NCBI RefSeq assembly: GCF_036321535.1
Contig: NC_087436.1
Location: forward strand, 46,750,001-46,814,000
DNA: 64,000 nucleotides
DNA from: Camelus dromedarius
Taxonomy: Eukaryota
Reading direction: 5' to 3'
Made by a program: the position numbers and the translations under genes. Below the pieces are notes generated by a model. It had not been told where the DNA came from, searched no databases, and worked only from the letters and a program-made list of their open reading frames with translations. Below, piece after piece: positions 26,315 through 39,249 of the stretch. How positions within the stretch are numbered: the stretch's first letter is position 1; every line of letters starts with the position of its first letter.

Positions 26315-26646
26315 TTTTTTTCCCTTTTCTAAGTTTAATTAAGTAGATTTATTACAGTCTGACCACACATACACATTATATTGCATGTAAATACATATAT
26401 ACAATATACTACACATTTTTTTTTAGTTTACATATGTGTACTGATCATTGTTTCTAAGAACAGATTAGATCTTTAGCTTTTTTAACTTACATAGTTATCA
26501 AATAAATAAAGCCAACCACAAAATAAGAATCAACAGAATGTGGTAATCCAATCATAAAGGACAGTCAAATGTGCTTACACATACTCAAGAAATCAGTCAT
26601 CTAAGTTATAAATAATAAGTTGTTCATTTGTGTCCTTTATTTATTT
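26315..26646 (-). pseudogene. 5'-truncated processed retrocopy of an mRNA 3' end (3'UTR only, parent unidentified)
   Basis: Perfect 16-bp direct repeat TGTGAAGTGGGGTTCT at 26299-26314 and 26647-26662; degenerate poly(T) at 26315-26330; TTTATT (AATAAA on minus) at 26348-26353; AT-rich insert not resembling any TE I know. Confidence 0.8.
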
Positions 26647-26789
26647 TGTGAAGTGGGGTTCTGAACTCATTTGGGAAGGTGCTGAGCTCAAGAAAGGAAA
26701 ACAGTCACTGAAAATGATGTGTGGGCTCCAACAGGAGATGCAAAACCAAAAAGGAGGGAACGATTCCTTAGCTTTCCCACTTTATGAAA

Positions 26790-27030
26790 ATTTTCACAGT
26801 TCCTAGGCAATTTAACCTTTGTGGGTCCCTTCCTACATTAAAAAAAAATACTACAAACTCTATTTTATGACTCTGTTGGTATAAAGACAAATATATTAAT
26901 ATTATATGTTAAAATGTTGTTTTTAACCTACTTTTTTCTTCTGTTTTTAAAATAAATTAAAAGCTTTTGTCCTAAAAGTATTATGGGTCTTCAGCACTGT
27001 GCCTGCTGCCTAATGGGTAAGTTAACCCTG
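26790..27030 (-). mobile_element. hAT-Tip100-type MITE (ORSL-like), copy 2
   Basis: Same core as 13617-13873; ends GCACTGTGCCTGCTGCCTAATGGGTAAGTTAACCCTG. Confidence 0.7.
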
Positions 27031-27049
27031 ACTCGAGTGCAGTAATTCA

Positions 27050-27870
27050 GGAGGGCTGTAGCAGAATAAGAACAGAACAGGGGGATGAATCACATTAGGC
27101 TTCCCATCCATGGAACAACAGTAAGGATGTTGTAGTTTATTTTCATGAATGAGACGGGATATTTTCGAGGGTTATGAACAGAGAAGTGACATGATCTGAT
27201 TTATATTTTAAAGAGCTACTTTCTTTTGTGGAGAATACACTACAGAAGTAAGGAAGAAAATCAAAGAGACCAGTTTGGTGGCTATTCTGATCTTCTAGGA
27301 AAAGAGATGCCATGGCTTGCCCTAAGGCAGTGGTGGAGGTAACAAGTGATCATATTAAGAATAGATATTAAAGGTAGAGGCAAAAAGGGTTTGCTGATGG
27401 ACTGGATGTTGAATGTGATAAGAGAAGATTCAAGATGACTCCAAGCTTTTGCTTAAACAACTGGAAGAGTGAGTTTGTCACTTACTAAGATGGCTAAAAT
27501 TGTAGATAAAGTACATTTAGGGCAGAGAAGCAAGAGTCCAGGGTTGGACATGTTTACTTTTAGATGTTTATTAGACATCCAAGAGGAGATGTCTGGAGTT
27601 GAAAAAGTAGTTCAGGCTAGAGACAGAAATTTGGGACCATCTGCTTTCAGGTGGTATTTAAAGCCAGGGGAGAGGATGAGATCAGAAAGAGAATGTTATG
27701 TAGATACAGGAGTGAAAAGACCCAGTGACTGAAATCTCAGATAGTCTGATATTTTAATGGTTGGGAACATGAAGAGGAACCAGCAAAGGAGACTTTGTAG
27801 AAGTGGTCAGTAGAGTAGGAAGAGATAGGAGAGAGTGGTGTCCTGGAGACCAAGTGAAGATGCACCCAGG
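27050..27870 (-). mobile_element. L2 fragment
   Basis: GAGAAGTGACATGATCTGATTTATATTTTAAA, TTTGCTGATGGACTGGATG, TCAAGATGACTCCAAG, TTGGACATGTT..TTTAGATG..TTAGACATCCAAG. Confidence 0.85.
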
Positions 27871-28912
27871 TCCGTATGAGCAGTTGCTTTCAAACTTTGA
27901 CCATCTCTGGCTGCTGAACACCACGTGAAATGAGGGTAGTCCCACAAGCTTCCTCCCTTGACACAGGAGGAAGCCAACTTCCCACTGCCAAATATGTGAT
28001 GGAAAATCAGCCTAACGACCATTCACCCTGCCCCCTGTATGACTTGCCACAAATAAAGAGATTTAAATAATCTCTTCTGGTTCAGTTCAGGCACAAATAT
28101 CCCCGAGAGAGTAGAATAATCCCAGGAGGTCAAGGTCTTTTCTCAAGGTGCAAGAGTCCTTTCTGGTGACAGATGACCTCTTCAGGTCACATTTGAAGAG
28201 GCATTTATCCCCACACCCTAGAGCTCCAGCATGATTCTAGATTATAGTTATGAAGGAAATGATGAGAGGTGTGTGAAAATGGGAGTGGTGAGGAAGCCAA
28301 GAATGAATGCTATCATAGATGTTGACCTGGTGGACACACAGACATGATGAGGGGGACTTCAGAGAAAGGAAAAGCATGGCTCAGACCTAGACGAGACAAA
28401 AATACAATCAGAAAAAATAAAACAAACAACCCCCCCCCCCATGTGCTTTCCTCCAAATAAAATCTCACACAACCAATGGAAAGTTACATTTAAATACGAT
28501 TGACATAGATTTAGTCAGACATTGACCCTAAGTCAGCACCAACACCCAAGGCTGTTACAGGGTTTTGGATTTTTAAACAACCTTAGAAGAAAGTCTTGGT
28601 TCACATTCTATACTGGATATTTTGCTTTAATTTTTTTAAAAAGTTGAGGAGAAAGAAAGAAATTGCCATTATTAAGGGAGGGGTGTGAGGCAATGTGTGA
28701 AGTCCTCAAGTAATTTAGAAATAAATTCTTTCAAAAACTGCCTGCTTCTGAGAACACATTCTGACACTAGAATGCACAAACTGTCTTCTCTTCAATGGGA
28801 TTAAAATATAACGAGACAAATAAAATAATAATATTATGCTAAATCTATATTAATCTTATAAAATCTTTTTATATATCAGTATAAAGTAGTATAATCACAT
28901 TACAAAACTTTT

Positions 28913-30058
28913 TTATATAAACATTTTTATTGAGTTATAATCATTTTACAATGTTGTGTCAAATTCCAGTGTAGAGCACAATTTTTCAGTTATACATGAA
29001 CATACATACATACATTGTGACATTCTCTTTCTCTGTGAGCCACCACAAGATCCTGTATATATTTTCCTGTGCTACACAGTACAATCTTGTTTATCTATTC
29101 TACGTTTTGAAATCCCAGTCTCTTCCCACCCACCATCCCACTGGCAACCACAAGTTTGTATTCTATGTCTATGAGTCTTTTTCTGTTTTATTTTTTTTTT
29201 ATTTTTTAATTATTTTTTTACATTTTGCATATGAGCAATCTCATATGGTATTTTTCTTTCTCTTTCTGGCTTACTTCACTTAGAATGACATTCTCCATTA
29301 ACATCCATGTTGCCACAAATGGCATTATGTTGTCAGTTTTTATGGCTGAATAGTATTCCGTTGTATAAATATACCACTTCTTCTATATCCAGTCATCTGT
29401 TGATGGACATTTAGGCTGTTTCCATGTCTTGGCTATTGTAAATAGTGCTGTTATGAACATTGGGCTGCAGGTGTCACTTTGAAGTAGGGTTCCTTCTGGA
29501 TATATGCCCAGGAGTGGGATACCTGGGTCATACGGTAAGTCTATTCCTAGTCTTTTGAGGAATCTCCATACTGTTTTCCACAGTGGCTGCACCAAACTGC
29601 ATTCCCACCAGCAGTGTAGGAGGGTTCCCTTTTCGCCACAGCCTCTCCAGCATGTGTCATTTGTGGACTTTTGAATGATGGCCATTCTGACTGGTGTGAG
29701 GTGATACCTCATCATAGTTTTGATTTGCATTTCTCTGATAATTAGTGATATTGAGCATTTTTTCATCTGCCTATTGATCATTTGTATTTCTTCCTTGGAG
29801 AATTGCTTGTTTAGGTCTTCTGCCCAATTTTGGATTGGGTTGTTTGTTTTTTTCTTATTAAATCATGTGAGCTGCTTACATATTCTGGAGATCAAGCCTT
29901 TGTCAGTTTCACTTGCAAAAATTTTCTCCCATTCCATAGGTTGTCTTTTTGTTTTACTTATGGTTTCCTTTGCTGTGCAGGAGCTTGTAATTTTCATTAG
30001 GTCCCATTTGTTTATTCTTGCTTTTATTTCTATTTCTTGGGTAGACTGCTCTAGGAGA
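28913..30058 (-). mobile_element. Young, 5'-truncated camelid-type L1 with perfect TSD
   Basis: ORF2 pieces [24 protein letters not shown].. and [60 protein letters not shown]; 12-bp TSD TACAAAACTTTT at 28901-28912 and 30059-30070; TT/AAAA endonuclease site on the minus strand. Confidence 0.97.
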
Positions 30059-30387
30059 TACAAAACTTTTAAACAAATAAATGAAAAAAAAATCACCCTA
30101 CATCCAACCACCCAACACCACCATTTTGGACTATTTCTAATCTTTTTTTCTAAGCAGATTTTAAAATCTATATAATTATAATTATAAACTTTCATATCTT
30201 ACTTTCTCCATAGAGTATTAAATAAGACATGATTTTAAAAATGTGGATAATGGCTTTTACACTGGAATTTCCTTACAGCAGGACCTTACCTGCCTTTGGG
30301 CTGCTACTCTTTTATTGCTCCAAAAATTATTCTCCATCAGCAAATAACAAAAGAGTCTATAGATGACCCTGTTCGTCACCTGCCTTA

Positions 30388-30848
30388 CAGTAAATTCTCT
30401 TTTCTTTCTGTGCAACCCAAATCCAACTTTTGTTCAGATGTTCACACATCCTTTACTGGCATCCAGTCCTAATTAAAAAGTGACTGTGTTTAGCCAATCC
30501 CAGTGGTTCATTTCTCTGGGTATGAGCATTCTGTCCAGTGAGATGTGAGGGGAGATCTGGGAACAGCTTTTTATTATTATTAAAATAGTCATGAAGTCAT
30601 AAAGAGTTGAACATGCACTGGACATTGTCATGCCTGCACGACAGAAAACTCTGGAGTCAACCAGGAAGAGAGCCAGCCAAGGACAAAGCCGAGATGTTGG
30701 GGTTGGCAGAAAGGAAAGATGGAAGTAACCTAGATTCTAACCTTGGTATTTGCACTCTACTTAACATCCTACTTAAATATTCTTTATTGCTTAAATTGCT
30801 AAGTTGAGGTTGTCTATTACTTGAAGCCAAAGGCATTGCATTAATGCT
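30388..30848 (+). mobile_element. Old MLT1 (J/K-like) LTR
   Basis: TTCTGTCCAGTGAGATGTGAGGGGAGATCTG..; end TTTATTGCTTAA..TATTACTTGAAGCCAAAGGCAT. Confidence 0.65.
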
Positions 30849-31089
30849 GAGCCACTGCCCTCAGGCTGTCCTCTCTTTCCTTTAGGAATTGGCTTCATTA
30901 CTTAGGTTGCAGAGAAAAAAAGGGCCAATAAGCGGTTGCCTGTGGCCCCTGATTTTGCCGAAGAATTTGGCCCATTGCAATCGCTGTTCATTTTTCTCTG
31001 ATCTTTACCTTTCCCCATTCCCTTAATTTCAGAAACGAAGCTTAAAGTATCTCCAGGACCTGGTATTAAATGTTCAAAATCTTATAATT

Positions 31090-31740
31090 GAGTACTAATT
31101 CGTTCAGTATGTGTTTGAGCTCCTCCTCTGGTTTTGTATTAGACACTGCAAGTACAGATAAGAATGAAGCACTATATCAGTCCTCGGGTTGGTCAATCAG
31201 TACATACTGATTTGCCAATCATGCGTTAGATGCTGGGGTTATCAGAGTGACTAGAATCTGACAGGAAGAGTCAGGAAGAGACAGACACAGCCCTCAAAAA
31301 CCCAACTTCAGTATAATGAACTTTGTGTTATAACAGTGGCATAAATAAAATATTCTAGGAGTCAAAAATTGGGAGGTGGCTCATTATCAAAAAGGAAAAA
31401 CTTTACAAAGGGAATAATATTTGATTATGATGTGCTTTGCTGTGGAAATAATATTGGATTGAATAATACTGAATTGAGTTGGGTACTGAAGAATGAATAA
31501 AGGTTTTCTTGGTGTAGAAGTGGAGTGGGAAAGGGCACCTTTGACAAAAAACATAATATGAATAAACAGTCATATTAGACATTTGGAGAACAGGGAAAAG
31601 TTCAGGGGAGCAGGAGATAATTGTGAGAAGAGAGTAGGAGATGAGGCTACAGAGACTGGTGTCTGATTGCATATAATCTGGTGGGCCAAGCTAAGAATTT
31701 GGGGTTTTATCTTGAAGCAAGTAAACTCGTATATGAGGGG
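31090..31740 (-). mobile_element. L2 fragments
   Basis: TTTGAGCTCCT..TTAGACACTG..; GGAGATGAGGCTACAGAG..GGGCCAAGCTAAGAATTTGGGGTTTTATCTTG. Confidence 0.5.
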
Positions 31741-32194
31741 AACATGGGACATTGCACTAAACATGCAACTGAACGCACAGCATTTTGAAGTCTTGTGGTT
31801 TTTCTGAATTCATGTGAATTTTTGTAATCCTACTACATAATATATTTATATCTGATAATATAGACATAGTCTATTTTTTTAAATCCTCAAATGAAAATGA
31901 TGGCCAAGAAAGACATCTCCAGTTTATTCTATATTTTAGTCCTCCAGCATACTGCCATAACTTTTGGAGGTATGTATCCCAGATTGATAAGCACTCTGCA
32001 GGCAATAGGAGGTTAAAAATTATTTTTAAGAAGCAGGAAAGGAGTAGAAGTAGGCATCCCCCCTTCCTCAGGAAGGTGTCTCTGGTTTCGGAATAGTGCA
32101 TGAAGGAGACACAGACAGACAGACCAGTGACATGTAAACAGAGAGAAAGCACTCAGTGGGACTTGGTGAAAAGTGGGATTTAAGCTAAAGTGAA

Positions 32195-32696
32195 TGTTAG
32201 TTGTTTATCTCCCCAGCATCCATTTCCCCTCCTTCCAGCAACAGCCTTGGCTTTGAAGTGTGGATCTTCTCCTCCTGTTTTCTTCCCAGGTGGCCCGCAT
32301 AGGGTTCTACTTACAGTCCCAGGAGTGAAGCACATGACTCTGCCGTGAACCAGTCACCACACTGCATTTCCCTGACCACAGAGATTGATTCAAGGGCCGT
32401 CATGTGACCCATGTTGTTTCAATCAGAACAAATCATAGAAAATATGCTAAGAATGCAGGGAGAAAAACATTTGCTCTTTTCTTCTGAATTAGCAGCCAGA
32501 AAGACGTAGTCCAGAAAGCTGTTGGTAGACTTATTCTGATTACTTGGGCTCTGAGAAAGGAGAAAAAAAGAGGAAGAAAAATGAATCTTGGCTCAATTTG
32601 GATACTTTAATTATGTGAGTAAATACATTTTTATTTTAGACTAACTTCATTTTTATTTTCTGTCACGTGCAACCAGTATAACCCTAACAGAGATAG
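32195..32696 (+). mobile_element. Old MLT1 (K/L-like) LTR
   Basis: Start TGTTAGTTGTTT..CCCAGCATCCATTTCCCCTCC; CCCTGACCACAGAGATTGATTCAAGG..CATGTGACCCA; end TCTGTCACGTGCAACCA..CCTAAC. Confidence 0.7.
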
Positions 32697-33779
32697 AAGG
32701 AAAAAAAAACTGTTCTTTTTCTAAATGTTGTATTTGCCAAAGATATATCACAGGTCATTCAATGAAGATTTTGGAGATTTGAAGAACTCTGTTTTTTCAA
32801 ACTTCATTTTTCCTTGCCCTCAAATAATGTTTTCAACTACTATAATAATAACAAGCAAAAAGAAAAGGACTATATTTTTAAAATTAGATATTTAAGTGAA
32901 TACGATTTTCAAAGGTTATGCTGGGTTTTTTTTTTTTTTTTTAAAACACGCACACACACAACTTCAGTTGCGTGGGGAATTTTTGCATAACAATGATTTG
33001 GTGGAAATGAGAAACAAAATCTTACACAAGGTGATGCTTTTCTGGAAGATCCCCCGAAACCAACTTTTGAAGCAACCTGATTTTAAAATCCACTTTCTAT
33101 GCATTGAACCAGCAACTGAATACTCTAAGTAAAAAAGAAACGTACACATTAAGTAATAGTCTCTGGGCTGTTCTGAGATAGGCTGAATGCAGTCTAGCGA
33201 TTGGAGGAATTAATCTGGCACTCATTATTGCTTTTGCAATATGTCAAGCTCACTGTCTCTATTTCTTTATTGTGTAGCCTTACTGATTCAGCCTGATCCT
33301 GGGTTATCTGTTGCAATCATTTGGCACCCCACATGGAAACTTATTGACTCATAGGTGATTATCAAATCTTTGGTCCAGACATTTCAAGTTGGAAATGTAT
33401 TTTCATCTCTGACAGGGCTAACACCACATTTCGGTTTGCTATTGTAACATCAGCTCCCCAAAGCTCAGAAGACTTCTATCCTCACAGTGGGTGTTCCAAA
33501 TACAGGGTGCAGTGTGGCTAACAGTAACCAACCCACAAAGAAACTGATCTCAGTTTTAGGGTTCTGCAGAACAGCTGAATGAAATTTCCTCCAGTAAATG
33601 CTCCAAAAACAGACACAGCCCTGTAGAGCATTAAATGATAAGTGGTTTTGGATGATGACTTTGATGGCTGAGTAGCAGATGGGCTAAGTGGGAAATGCTG
33701 CTGGAATAGCCCAGATAAGACTTGATGAGAGCAAAGACAACCTGTGTGAGTACATGAGGCTTACGGACGAGGGCCTTAC

Positions 33780-34260
33780 CTTTGACTAAGTGCCTCCTGT
33801 ACCCTAGGCATTGTGCTGAGTGCTTCATATACATATTAGAATGTAAGCTCCATGAAGGAAGGGATTGTCCATCTCATTGGTTACTTGTTGATATAAATAC
33901 ATGAATGAATGGCTGGATTACTTTGTGCAACCAATTTTTACCCTGCTCTCTAATCCTCTTTCCATAATAAACTTTAACTCCTACAAATCCAAATGCCACT
34001 TCCTCAGACTAGATGACAGTAGCCTGTTGTAGGCTCCCATTGTCCTCTGCTCTCTTCCCTCGTAACACACATTACACTACTCAGTGTCTGCTATTCCTGT
34101 TAGACTGTAAGCTCCATGAGGGCTGGGACCATGTCTGTCTCATTCACTGCTGCACTTAATAAATGTCTTGAATGAATGACACTCTGTAAATCTTACTAGG
34201 TCAGTCCCCTTATCCCCATTTCACCTGTAAGGGGCTCAAGTCACCAGGAAGCTAAGTACA
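33780..34260. mobile_element. Cluster of MIR and L2 3'-end fragments
   Basis: Two TTAGA(A/C)TGTAAGCTCCATGA L2 ends with TGAATGAAT tails, nested in an antisense MIR (GACTAAGTGCC..GGCATTGTGCTGAGTGCTT ... TATCCCCATTTCAC). Confidence 0.6.
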
Positions 34261-34428
34261 AGTGAATAAGGTGCATCTTGGAATATTTTATAGAAATACA
34301 TGGACACTTCCAAAAGTGCTCCAAAAGTTAATTTTTAAAATTTCTATGCCATTTTGATTATTTTTTCTAGCTACTTGCATATATAAGTACCATTTTAAAG
34401 ATAAATTGAATGCAAGATATCAGAACAT

Positions 34429-34458
34429 GCACACATACACACACACACACACACACAC
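34429..34458. repeat. (CA)n microsatellite
   Basis: Direct read. Confidence 0.9.
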
Positions 34459-34659
34459 CTGCTATTCTACTTTTGGTAAAGCACTCTGGGTATTTAAATC
34501 TGTCAGTGCCTCAGAGTGTTGAGTTATAAATGAGAAGGCCCAACAAGATAATATATGAACCTGATACAGCTCTCAGAGGAAATAAAATTCATAAACGAAA
34601 AACCAAAAACCAAAACAAAAGTTTCACATTCCCAACCAAATGAGAATAATAAAAATGAT

Positions 34660-34882
34660 GATGATAATAATAGCTTACTTTTGTTAAGTGCCAGAATATG
34701 TCAGAACTGTGCTAGAAGCATGCCATTCACTTTCACTCAAGCCTTGTAGCAAAGATATGTGGTAGATCCAATTAATCTTATTTTATAGAAAAGTGAACCA
34801 CTTTGGAGAGGTTAATCATTCCACATGGAGAGTGAGTGGCAAAACTCAGACCCAGACATGGGCCTGTGTGGCACCAAAGCCC
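34660..34882 (-). mobile_element. MIR
   Basis: AATAATAGCT..TTAAGTGCC..ATGT..CTGTGCTAG..TTTTATAGA..GAGAGGTTAA..GTGAGTGGCA..CCAAAGCCC. Confidence 0.65.
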
Positions 34883-35784
34883 GTCCTGTGGGGAGAACAA
34901 AACACTGGTGCTGCGTCCCATTCAAGACACCTTAAAAACACATTTTATAGTTAAAAAAAAAAAAAAACTTTGGCCTTGAAGCACTAGAAATTTGGCAATT
35001 TTCAGATACATTTGACTTGATTTTAATATTGTTGACCTAAAGCACCTTTTTTTTTAAACTTTATTTTGAGATTTGGAAACATGACTAAACAAGTCTTTAA
35101 ATCCATCATTTGTGTGGCAGTAAAGCCTGGCTTAAAATGAGCATGTTTCTTCTTCACCATATAAGGAATTATTTTACTACTTTCTCTCTCACCTCACCTC
35201 CAAGGCATCTCCCATCAAAGTAACTAAATTCTTGGTACACATGTGGTCTGGTAGTTTCCAATCCTGACTGTGGGTCAGCATTACTTGGGGAGATTTTATT
35301 TTTGTTTTTTGTTCTATTGTTAATATTCAAGGCAAAACAACTCAGAAGCAAAGGCAAACAACAACAAAACAAGCTCTATATTAAGTGTATTACATTAACT
35401 TTCTTGTTTAATCCTCCTGACAGTTTCATGAATGATATATTAGTGAACTGCAGTGCAGAGGATTGTTGCCCATGTTGCACAGCTGTAAGTGGTCCACGCT
35501 GTTAAACGCTGTTCTGTGTTCCCTCCTTTTATTGAAGACACCAAAATCATTTTCAGAATAACCCCAACGAGATCTTCCCACATTAACTGATATTCTCTTG
35601 GTTTACTCACTTCAAATGGTGAAATTCATCCATCAATAGAGATTCTGTATTTTCACTATTCACTTTATTCCCATTGTTTCTAAATGTTTGCCAAGCCTGT
35701 GCTAGAGGAAAGACTGAAGTATACATCATTGTTTTTATTTTAAAAAATTGTACAACAGAATTGTCATTCAAAGAGGCAATTATT

Positions 35785-35903
35785 GGGAAGGAAAATAGTT
35801 CTGTGTGTAGAGTGCATGCTTAGCATGTACAAAGTCCTGGGTTCAATCCCTAGTACCTCCATTAAATTAAAGAGAGAAAGAAAGGAAGAAAAAAAGAAAA
35901 GAA
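35785..35903 (+). mobile_element. tRNA-derived SINE (camelid Vic-1-like)
   Basis: GTAGAGTGCATGCTTAGCATGTACAAAGTCCTGGGTTCAATCCCTAGTACCTCC plus an A-rich tail; probable TSD AAAGAG(G/A)CAAT at 35770 and 35904. Confidence 0.88.
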
Positions 35904-37505
35904 AAAGAGACAATCAAAGAGTATGCGGTTGAGAAAGTGAAAAACATTGTAGAAGTGTCAGGCAGTAAATTAATAAAAAAAATTCTGTTAATCTGGATTT
36001 TGTGATATTTATAGTATTTATAACTTCTTTGAAAATATTCTTAACTAATTACCATCTTACCTAATTGTAATGTTGTGTTCTGTTTCTTAAAGTGAGCTCT
36101 CCAAGTGGCATAAACAGTAGACCTCACAGAAGGAGATATGTCCCAGGGAAGAGGAATCACATGCATGATCTTGGTCTCTTAACGTGTTTTAACAGTGTTC
36201 TAACCTATAAGTAGGGGCAACATACAGCTGTTATCATCTTCTAGGGGGCCATTTGCCATTCTTGAACTGGATTCTAATGTCACAGATAGTAACTATCTAT
36301 CTTCTCAGCATATGCAGCTGCTACAGTGTCCCACCAAAAGGAATCTGAGACTAAGTAGAAAGTAAAGAATGTCCCGTTAGCTCTCACTTATAAACACTTG
36401 GTTTCAAAAAGGAAATAGCCCCAAAATTAGTCATGAAATGACTAACATTTCCTTGACATGACATTTCATTTCATTGACACCACAGGACTATTGGGAGCGT
36501 CTAATATGCTATCTCCTTAGATTGTTGTACCAGTTGAATTGGACTTTTTCTATATTTTCCTTGTGAGTATATATTTTGGTAAATGTCCCTTAACCAATCC
36601 TATACCAAAATCTATTGGCTCTTAACTTATTTGAAGGTGACTTATTCAGACACATCAGTTTTCTGGAAAACATATGACAGCTCAGGATAATGTGGAAAAA
36701 GACAGTCAGAAGTGTCACAGATTCCATTAATTAAGAGAGAGCCATAGAGGATCTCACTCTTAATTTAGATGCACTTCTACTAAATTTGGCTATATCATTG
36801 CCTACCATTAAGTTTCAAAGAAGTAAGCAATTAAGAAATGCTGTGCAGCAGAATACTACAGGAAGGTAGAATTGCTGTGGACGCAGGGAAGAAAAGCCAT
36901 GAAAAGAGGACACAAGAACTAACAGGAGTAGGGGGCCATTTCCTGTGGGGCAAACCATCCTAAATATTATACTGGTTACTTTGTATAGTAAGTGGTGTTC
37001 ATAATAAACAATCCTGAATCATGAAGAAACATTTAATTTTCTTCAGTATTCCTCTAAAAATAGTATTATTAAATATCATGGTGCTTAAAAATGTCAATTA
37101 TCTAGAAAATTTACTTATACATATAAGTTTATTTTACAGTAATGAGTTTTTAAAGATAATAAAACTATAAAAAAGAACCACATTAGAACATTTTTATTTT
37201 ATTTCATCTAACTTTGGAATGCTCTCTGTGATCTTTTCCCAGGCACTGCTTGCTTTGATTATCTCAGTATTATTTGCATTCCCTGCCTGCACATCAAGAG
37301 AGAGTTCCAGAGTCCCAGACCTCAGGTCAGAGACAATGTAAGATTAAACAATTAGATTAAATATTTGTTGTGTATAATTCAAAATGTGTATAATCCGCAA
37401 AAGATGAACAGTGATTGCGTGTCACGAGTGAGGATGGACATAAGGTCCCCTTTCTTGTACTTAGGACCACGCTGAGCGTTCTCATTCCTGACGTCGCGTT
37501 GGAAT

Positions 37506-37524
37506 CCCCCACTAGATGGCGCTG
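37506..37524 (+). promoter_or_regulatory. Candidate CTCF binding site
   Basis: CCCCCACTAGATGGCGCTG closely matches the CTCF core CCACYAGRKGGCGC and sits in a locally CpG-rich patch. Confidence 0.7.
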
Positions 37525-39249
37525 CACTAGCAGGGAGGACTGGACCAGGAAGCCTTGCTTTCTCCTCCCCCGCCCCCATCCTGACCCTCACCTCTCGTTC
37601 CGTGTGCTTGATGTTCCGAGAGAGCGATTGTTCAGGAATGTCTAATGATAACAAAACCCCTTTTAAACATTAGACAAGCACAAGCCGAGGTGGGCAAACA
37701 TCATTAGTAGGCTTCTCCTTTGTTACACTATAAGGAGCGAAGCCTAGTAGCACAAAATGCAAGCTGGTGGGCTTCCAGTTATTGTGTCAATAACAGGGCA
37801 CCTTTTGAAATACACTGATTATCTGTTTGGGGTGGAAGACAGTAGGAGGGAGGTGCCAGGTAGAAGAACATTTTAAAAGTGTATGTTTTCGCGGGGGGAG
37901 AAGTGTGAATTCACCTTTGACAACAGACTGGAAGACTCAGACACAAGCAGCCTGGAGTTAGACATCCTTGTGTTGGAACCTGCATCTTCATGCGAGGCTG
38001 AACTGTCATACGCTTACATGGATAGCTCCTCATAACAATAAGTGGCACGTATGTCAATACGAGGAATCAATTTTTCTTTCTGATTAAGACCTTTCAACCT
38101 AATGCAGGAAGAACGGTCCCGGCTGCCTTAAATATGTCCTATTAAAACAGAAGTCTGTACTTAATCGCTCCTTTATAGAACACAAGTCTGAGTTCAAGCC
38201 AGGCAGAAACATGGAGGGAAAAAAAAAAGTTTAGGAATAAAGTAATCTTTGTTTCCATTTTTGCACTGCAGAAAAGCATGAAGCGGTTGATTAATGTTGA
38301 CACTTAGGTGTTCATTTTAGAGCAACTTGGGGGATCTAGTAAGTTGAAACTAACATCTTACCTTATAAATCTTAAAAGACCTTCAAGTTGAAGGAATTTA
38401 ACATAAAATAATGGTGTCAAAAAAGGAAGTTAAGCATTATTACTTTACTGTTGTTATTATTGCCAAACCAAGTAAAGCAGAATTTCTTGACCAAGACCAC
38501 AAATCTACAATAGTTCTTTCTACAGTTGACCAGGCCGCTTTCCTTGTTGCTTTTGCCAGGGAGAAAAGCCTGTGTAGAAGTGTGCATTGGACTCTTTCCT
38601 CCAGAGGATTGCTTTGTGTCAGGCAACGCAGGGAATGTGGATGGTGGGACTATTTGGGGGGAATGGGGAGGGGGGTGGAGGTGTATATAATTCCTGAAGT
38701 AGGGGTCAGATCATAACCATAGGCAAGGGTAGCTGTGGGTCTAAGAACATAGGCAGGAGTGAGAAAGGGCTGGGGGAAAGGGGACTGTGGTCGAGAGTAG
38801 AAATGGGCATGATGTGTGTGTGTGTTTCTCAGCAGCCCTGTTTTTGAAGGTGAACTTTATTTTACGATGGAGACTGAGGAAAGGGAAAACCGATTGGGGA
38901 GGAGGGTAGACACACCAAATTTCATGCCCATAGCAAAGGTCAAAGGACACAGGAAATTGTGCTGGTATATTTTCACTAAGTGCCGTGCTGTGTAACCACC
39001 AGCAAGGCATCAAAGCTACAGCTTGGTGTGCGGCTCCCAGGTAGCTGGGCTGTGTGATCACTGATGCCAGCACCGAGGTGCCTCTCTGGGTGCTCCAGCA
39101 AGGTTGTTTGTGGTCACTGGACTCTCACCTTGAAAGGGAGAGCCTTGCAGCACTCTCGCAAATGGTTCTGAGCTGCTGGGGCAGCTCACCATTGGCAAAT
39201 GGCCCAGGTGAGGCAATGGTGAGGAGCAGGGAGGCCCAGTGTCACAACA

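Noticed and set aside
29720..30175. 151-aa plus-strand ORF
   Set aside because: Antisense shadow of L1 ORF2, a common source of spurious hypothetical proteins; the same applies to ORFs at 19546 and 43458-44070
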